A DNA stretch of 63,968 nt, the filler included, from an uncultured Rhodopirellula sp. (lineage in GTDB: Bacteria; Planctomycetota; Planctomycetia; Pirellulales; Pirellulaceae): the NCBI GenBank assembly GCA_964007735.1. It is 3 parts of 3 records of this genome, joined end to end, with 100 filler letters (N's around TTAATTAATTAA, not from the genome) between each part and the next. Parts side by side here need not be neighbours in the genome. Positions count along the whole stretch, not along the records: positions 60,730 to 63,968 come from CAXGAI010000123.1; 2 more parts are not named here. One strand, 5' to 3'. The position numbers were made by a program, and so were the translations under genes. Of this stretch, positions 61,308 through 63,968 are shown piece after piece (position 1 is the first letter of the stretch; the number at the start of each line of letters is the position of its first letter). The notes under the pieces were generated by a model. It was not told the origin of the DNA. It saw only the letters and a program-made list of their open reading frames with translations, and ran no database searches.

Positions 61308-61383
61308 GGGCCGTTAGCTCAGCTGGCAGAGCAAATGACTCTTAATCATTAGGTCCTCGGTTCGATCCCGAGACGGCTCACCA
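61308..61383 (+). tRNA. tRNA-Lys (anticodon CTT)
   Basis: 76 nt GGGCCGT...ACGGCTC-ACCA; D arm AGCTCAGCTGGCAGAGC; anticodon arm AATGA-CTCTTAA-TCATT; T arm CTCGG-TTCGATC-CCGAG. Confidence 0.97.
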
Positions 61384-61444
61384 TTTAAATCAAGCGATCA
61401 GATATAAAGATATTTTATTTACTAAATTTATTTTTGAGGTCACA

Positions 61445-61927
61445 ATGTCTGGAATGAAAAATTTTTTTGTTTTAAGCATGTTTATATTTGGTCTTACCAT
61501 GGCGACTCATGCGAGTGCTGATAAGGGAGTATTGACTAAAATTGATGTGAAAGTTGGATCGGGAAAAGAAGCGATTGCAGGTAATAAGGTGAATGTTCAT
61601 TATACGGGTTGGTTGTTTGATAAATCTGCTCCAAGAGAGTGTAGTGAACTCCCGCGCTTTGTTAGTTTGAAACGCGTGCTTAGTTGCCTTGAGAATAAAG
61701 GGAAAAAGTTTGATAGTTCCCGTGATCGCCCGGGCAACTTCAAATTTACACTTGGTGCAGGGCAGGTCATCAAAGGTTGGGATCAAGGTGTACAAGGTAT
61801 GAAAGTTGGAGGGCAACGCACATTAATCATTCCATCCTCTTTGGGTTATGGCGCACGTGGGGCTGGCAATAGCATTCCACCCAATGCCACCTTAGTTTTT
61901 GATGTCGAATTGATGAAAGTCCAATAG
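61445..61927 (+). CDS. Exported FKBP-type peptidyl-prolyl cis-trans isomerase
   Basis: Signal peptide; 'VHYTGWL', 'FDSS', '[10 protein letters not shown]', 'LGYG', '[13 protein letters not shown]'. Confidence 0.95.
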   Translation: MSGMKNFFVLSMFIFGLTMATHASADKGVLTKIDVKVGSGKEAIAGNKVNVHYTGWLFDKSAPRECSELPRFVSLKRVLSCLENKGKKFDSSRDRPGNFKFTLGAGQVIKGWDQGVQGMKVGGQRTLIIPSSLGYGARGAGNSIPPNATLVFDVELMKVQ

Positions 61928-62009
61928 GTGTGATACAGGCAAATAGAGACGCCCCGAAGACTCTAGTAAACTTTAAATAGCCTGATTCCTTTACACGGAC
62001 TAAACTATC

Positions 62010-63788
62010 ATGAACCAGGAACAGGTTGCGATTTTTTCAATTCTTGCCTGTATTCTTGCTCTGTTCGCGTGGGGAAGAATACGTTATGACGTGGTCGCTT
62101 TCATGGGGCTTATTCTGTGCGTTTTGCTAGGCCTGGTTCCTGTCCAGGATGCTTTTTCCGGTTTTTCCCACCCGGCAACGATTACCGTTGCGATGGTACT
62201 TATCCTCAGCCGAGGCCTCGCGAATTCCGGCGTGGTGGACTTGATCGTGAGTCGTTTGATGTTCACGGTCAAGCGTGTTTCTCTTCATGTGGCGATGCTT
62301 TCAGGGGTGTCTGCGGTATTTTCCACGGTGATAAACAACGTCGGCGCGTTGGCTCTTTTGATGCCGGTGGGGATTGAATCTTCTGCGAAAGCTAAGCGAT
62401 CCCCTGCGGTTATTCTGATGCCAATGTCCTTTGCATCCATTCTGGGGGGTCTTGTGACTCTCATTGGAACGCCGCCTAACATCATTATCGCCAATTTCCG
62501 CACAGATATAAGAGGGGAGCCGTTTGCAATGTTCGATTTCTCTCCTGTGGGAGGGGTGGTCGCGGTTGCTGGTGTGGCCTTCATTGCCTTGGCGGGTTGG
62601 AGGATGATTCCAGAAAAACGGCGGGCACGGGTCACCGGAGAAGAACTGATCGCCATCGATGATTATATTACCGAACTCGGTATTCCAAAAGATTCGGATT
62701 TGATTGGTGTGTCGCTTCGGGAACTTGATCAGCGTGCGGAAAAGCTTGATGTCGAGATCGTGGGAATGATACGGGATAAACGCCGTATTTTAGCGACGCT
62801 TCTTCATGAAAAAATCAACAACAACGATATTTTGATTGTTAAAGCCGGCCCCCAGGAACTGGACAAGTTCGTGACCGATACCAAACTGGAGTTGCTGGCA
62901 GGTAAGGAAAAAGCGTCTCTTTTGCGAAGTGAAGATACCACAATGATGGAAGCCGTAGTGCAATCAAGTTCACGAATGGAGGGGCGGACGTTTACCTCGC
63001 TTCGACTCAAGAAGCGTTACGGCATTCATCTGCTTGGAGTATCTCGGCAAGGGACACCGATCCGCAAACGCCTTCCCCAGGTGCGGTTTCGCGGTGGTGA
63101 TGTTGTGCTACTTCAGGGGGATTCCGAAAGCCTTGCCGATTTAGTCTTTTCATTGGGCTGTCTCCCGTTAGCCAAACGCAGGCTTAATTTAGGAGCCGGG
63201 AAAAAGGCCGGGCTTGCGGTAAGTATTTTTGCGGCGGCCATCATTGCCACTGCGGTGGGATTGGCCTCGCTTCAGATAGCCCTTTCCGTGGCAGCCATTA
63301 CGATGGTGCTCTTTAAGATCGTACCGGTCCGCAATGTTTACGAGGAGATTAACTGGCCAGCTATCGTTTTGTTGGGGGCGATGATTCCAGTGGGGAGAGG
63401 TCTGGAATCCACCGGAGGGACGCAACTGATTGCCGAATCAATTCTGGATTTGGGTGCAAGCCTGCCTCCTGCACTCATCCTAGCTCTGGTTTTGGTCGTT
63501 ACCATGACCTTATCCGACGTGATGAACAACGTAGCAACCGCCGTGGTGATGGCTCCAGTTGCGGTCAGCATTGCCGGACAACTCGGAGTTAACGTTGATC
63601 CCTTCCTCATGGCCGTTGCCGTTGGTGCGTCGTGCGCCTTTCTCACCCCCATTGGACATCAGAACAATACATTGATTATGGGCCCGGCAGGATACCAGTT
63701 CGGCGATTACTGGCGCATGGGGTTACCATTGGAAATTTTGATTGTAGTCCTTTCCATCCCTATGATCCTTGTTGTCTGGCCTCTATGA
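62010..63788 (+). CDS. SLC13/DASS-family permease with two TrkA-C domains
   Basis: 'FSGFSHPA', 'TLIGTPPNII', central soluble TrkA-C repeats, 'FLTPIGHQNN', 'GYQFGDYWRMG'. Confidence 0.9.
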   Translation: MNQEQVAIFSILACILALFAWGRIRYDVVAFMGLILCVLLGLVPVQDAFSGFSHPATITVAMVLILSRGLANSGVVDLIVSRLMFTVKRVSLHVAMLSGVSAVFSTVINNVGALALLMPVGIESSAKAKRSPAVILMPMSFASILGGLVTLIGTPPNIIIANFRTDIRGEPFAMFDFSPVGGVVAVAGVAFIALAGWRMIPEKRRARVTGEELIAIDDYITELGIPKDSDLIGVSLRELDQRAEKLDVEIVGMIRDKRRILATLLHEKINNNDILIVKAGPQELDKFVTDTKLELLAGKEKASLLRSEDTTMMEAVVQSSSRMEGRTFTSLRLKKRYGIHLLGVSRQGTPIRKRLPQVRFRGGDVVLLQGDSESLADLVFSLGCLPLAKRRLNLGAGKKAGLAVSIFAAAIIATAVGLASLQIALSVAAITMVLFKIVPVRNVYEEINWPAIVLLGAMIPVGRGLESTGGTQLIAESILDLGASLPPALILALVLVVTMTLSDVMNNVATAVVMAPVAVSIAGQLGVNVDPFLMAVAVGASCAFLTPIGHQNNTLIMGPAGYQFGDYWRMGLPLEILIVVLSIPMILVVWPL

Positions 63789-63800
63789 TTAAGGAGTGAA

Positions 63801-63831
63801 CTCAATTGGCAGAGCAAATGACTTTTAATCA
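63801..63831 (+). pseudogene. tRNA-Lys remnant (D arm plus anticodon arm, TTT anticodon)
   Basis: 28 of 31 nt identical to 61318-61348; no acceptor stem or T arm. Confidence 0.7.
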
Positions 63832-63881
63832 ATCACAGAACTTCAAGGATCGGCTATTTACTGAATCCTTTAACAAGAAAT

Positions 63882-63908
63882 AAAAAAAGCCCAGCCAATT
63901 GGCTGAGC
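63882..63908 (-). terminator. Rho-independent terminator for a minus-strand transcript entering from the right
   Basis: Minus strand reads GCTCAGCC-AATT-GGCTGGGC-TTTTTTT. Confidence 0.7.
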
Positions 63909-63968
63909 CTCTCCTTAATTTTTAAACAAAAAATAATTGAATTATATTTTGGTTTTATTCTTATTTGG

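Noticed and set aside
24..63652. Numerous 60-146 aa ORFs antisense to or nested in the long genes
   Set aside because: Shadow ORFs of well-supported genes, with no independent motifs.
1..63968. CRISPR arrays, IS elements, integrases, prophage genes, rRNA
   Set aside because: None seen: no regularly spaced repeats and no transposase, integrase or phage motifs recognised.

Overview
The window is three assembly pieces joined by artificial 100-nt N spacers carrying TTAATTAATTAA (30680-30779, 60630-60729), so adjacency across the spacers is not biological. Pieces 1 and 2 look like a Planctomycetota genome (DUF1501, PQQ-like propeller, sulfatase, mch, planctomycete-type HTH-REC regulator). Piece 1 (1-30679) holds a >15 kb minus-strand envelope operon of the BatA/vWA (MoxR-associated) type with PA14 and NPCBM glycan-binding proteins, assorted hydrolases, a sugar ABC transporter and a stand-alone atpE, and ends in a chimeric AmpG-like/D-amino-acid-dehydrogenase ORF. 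Piece 2 (30780-60629) holds the imuA-imuB-dnaE2 cassette and a 15.5 kb minus-strand run: mch, RimK-like ligase, oleC, GYF_2 protein, oleD, KAS II, atypical ACP, two phytoene-dehydrogenase-like flavoproteins, fabZ, fabI, sulfatase and a Ser/Thr kinase. It continues with an MntR-like regulator, ffs-dnaX-ybaB-recR-rpoN, a long hairpin-rich leader, an HTH-REC regulator, moaC and partial nrdR. Piece 3 (60730-63968) has AT-rich intergenic DNA, tRNA-Lys(CTT), an FKBP, an SLC13/TrkA-C permease and a tRNA-Lys remnant. The strongest leads are: (i) a dedicated FAS-II/flavoprotein module linked to oleC/oleD, a candidate O2-independent polyunsaturated lipid/hydrocarbon pathway; (ii) an A10 slippage site in dnaX with stops in both shifted frames; (iii) a candidate ~375-nt structured RNA downstream of rpoN; (iv) the glycan-binding vWA envelope operon. 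All family calls come from motif recognition by eye; no database search was run.
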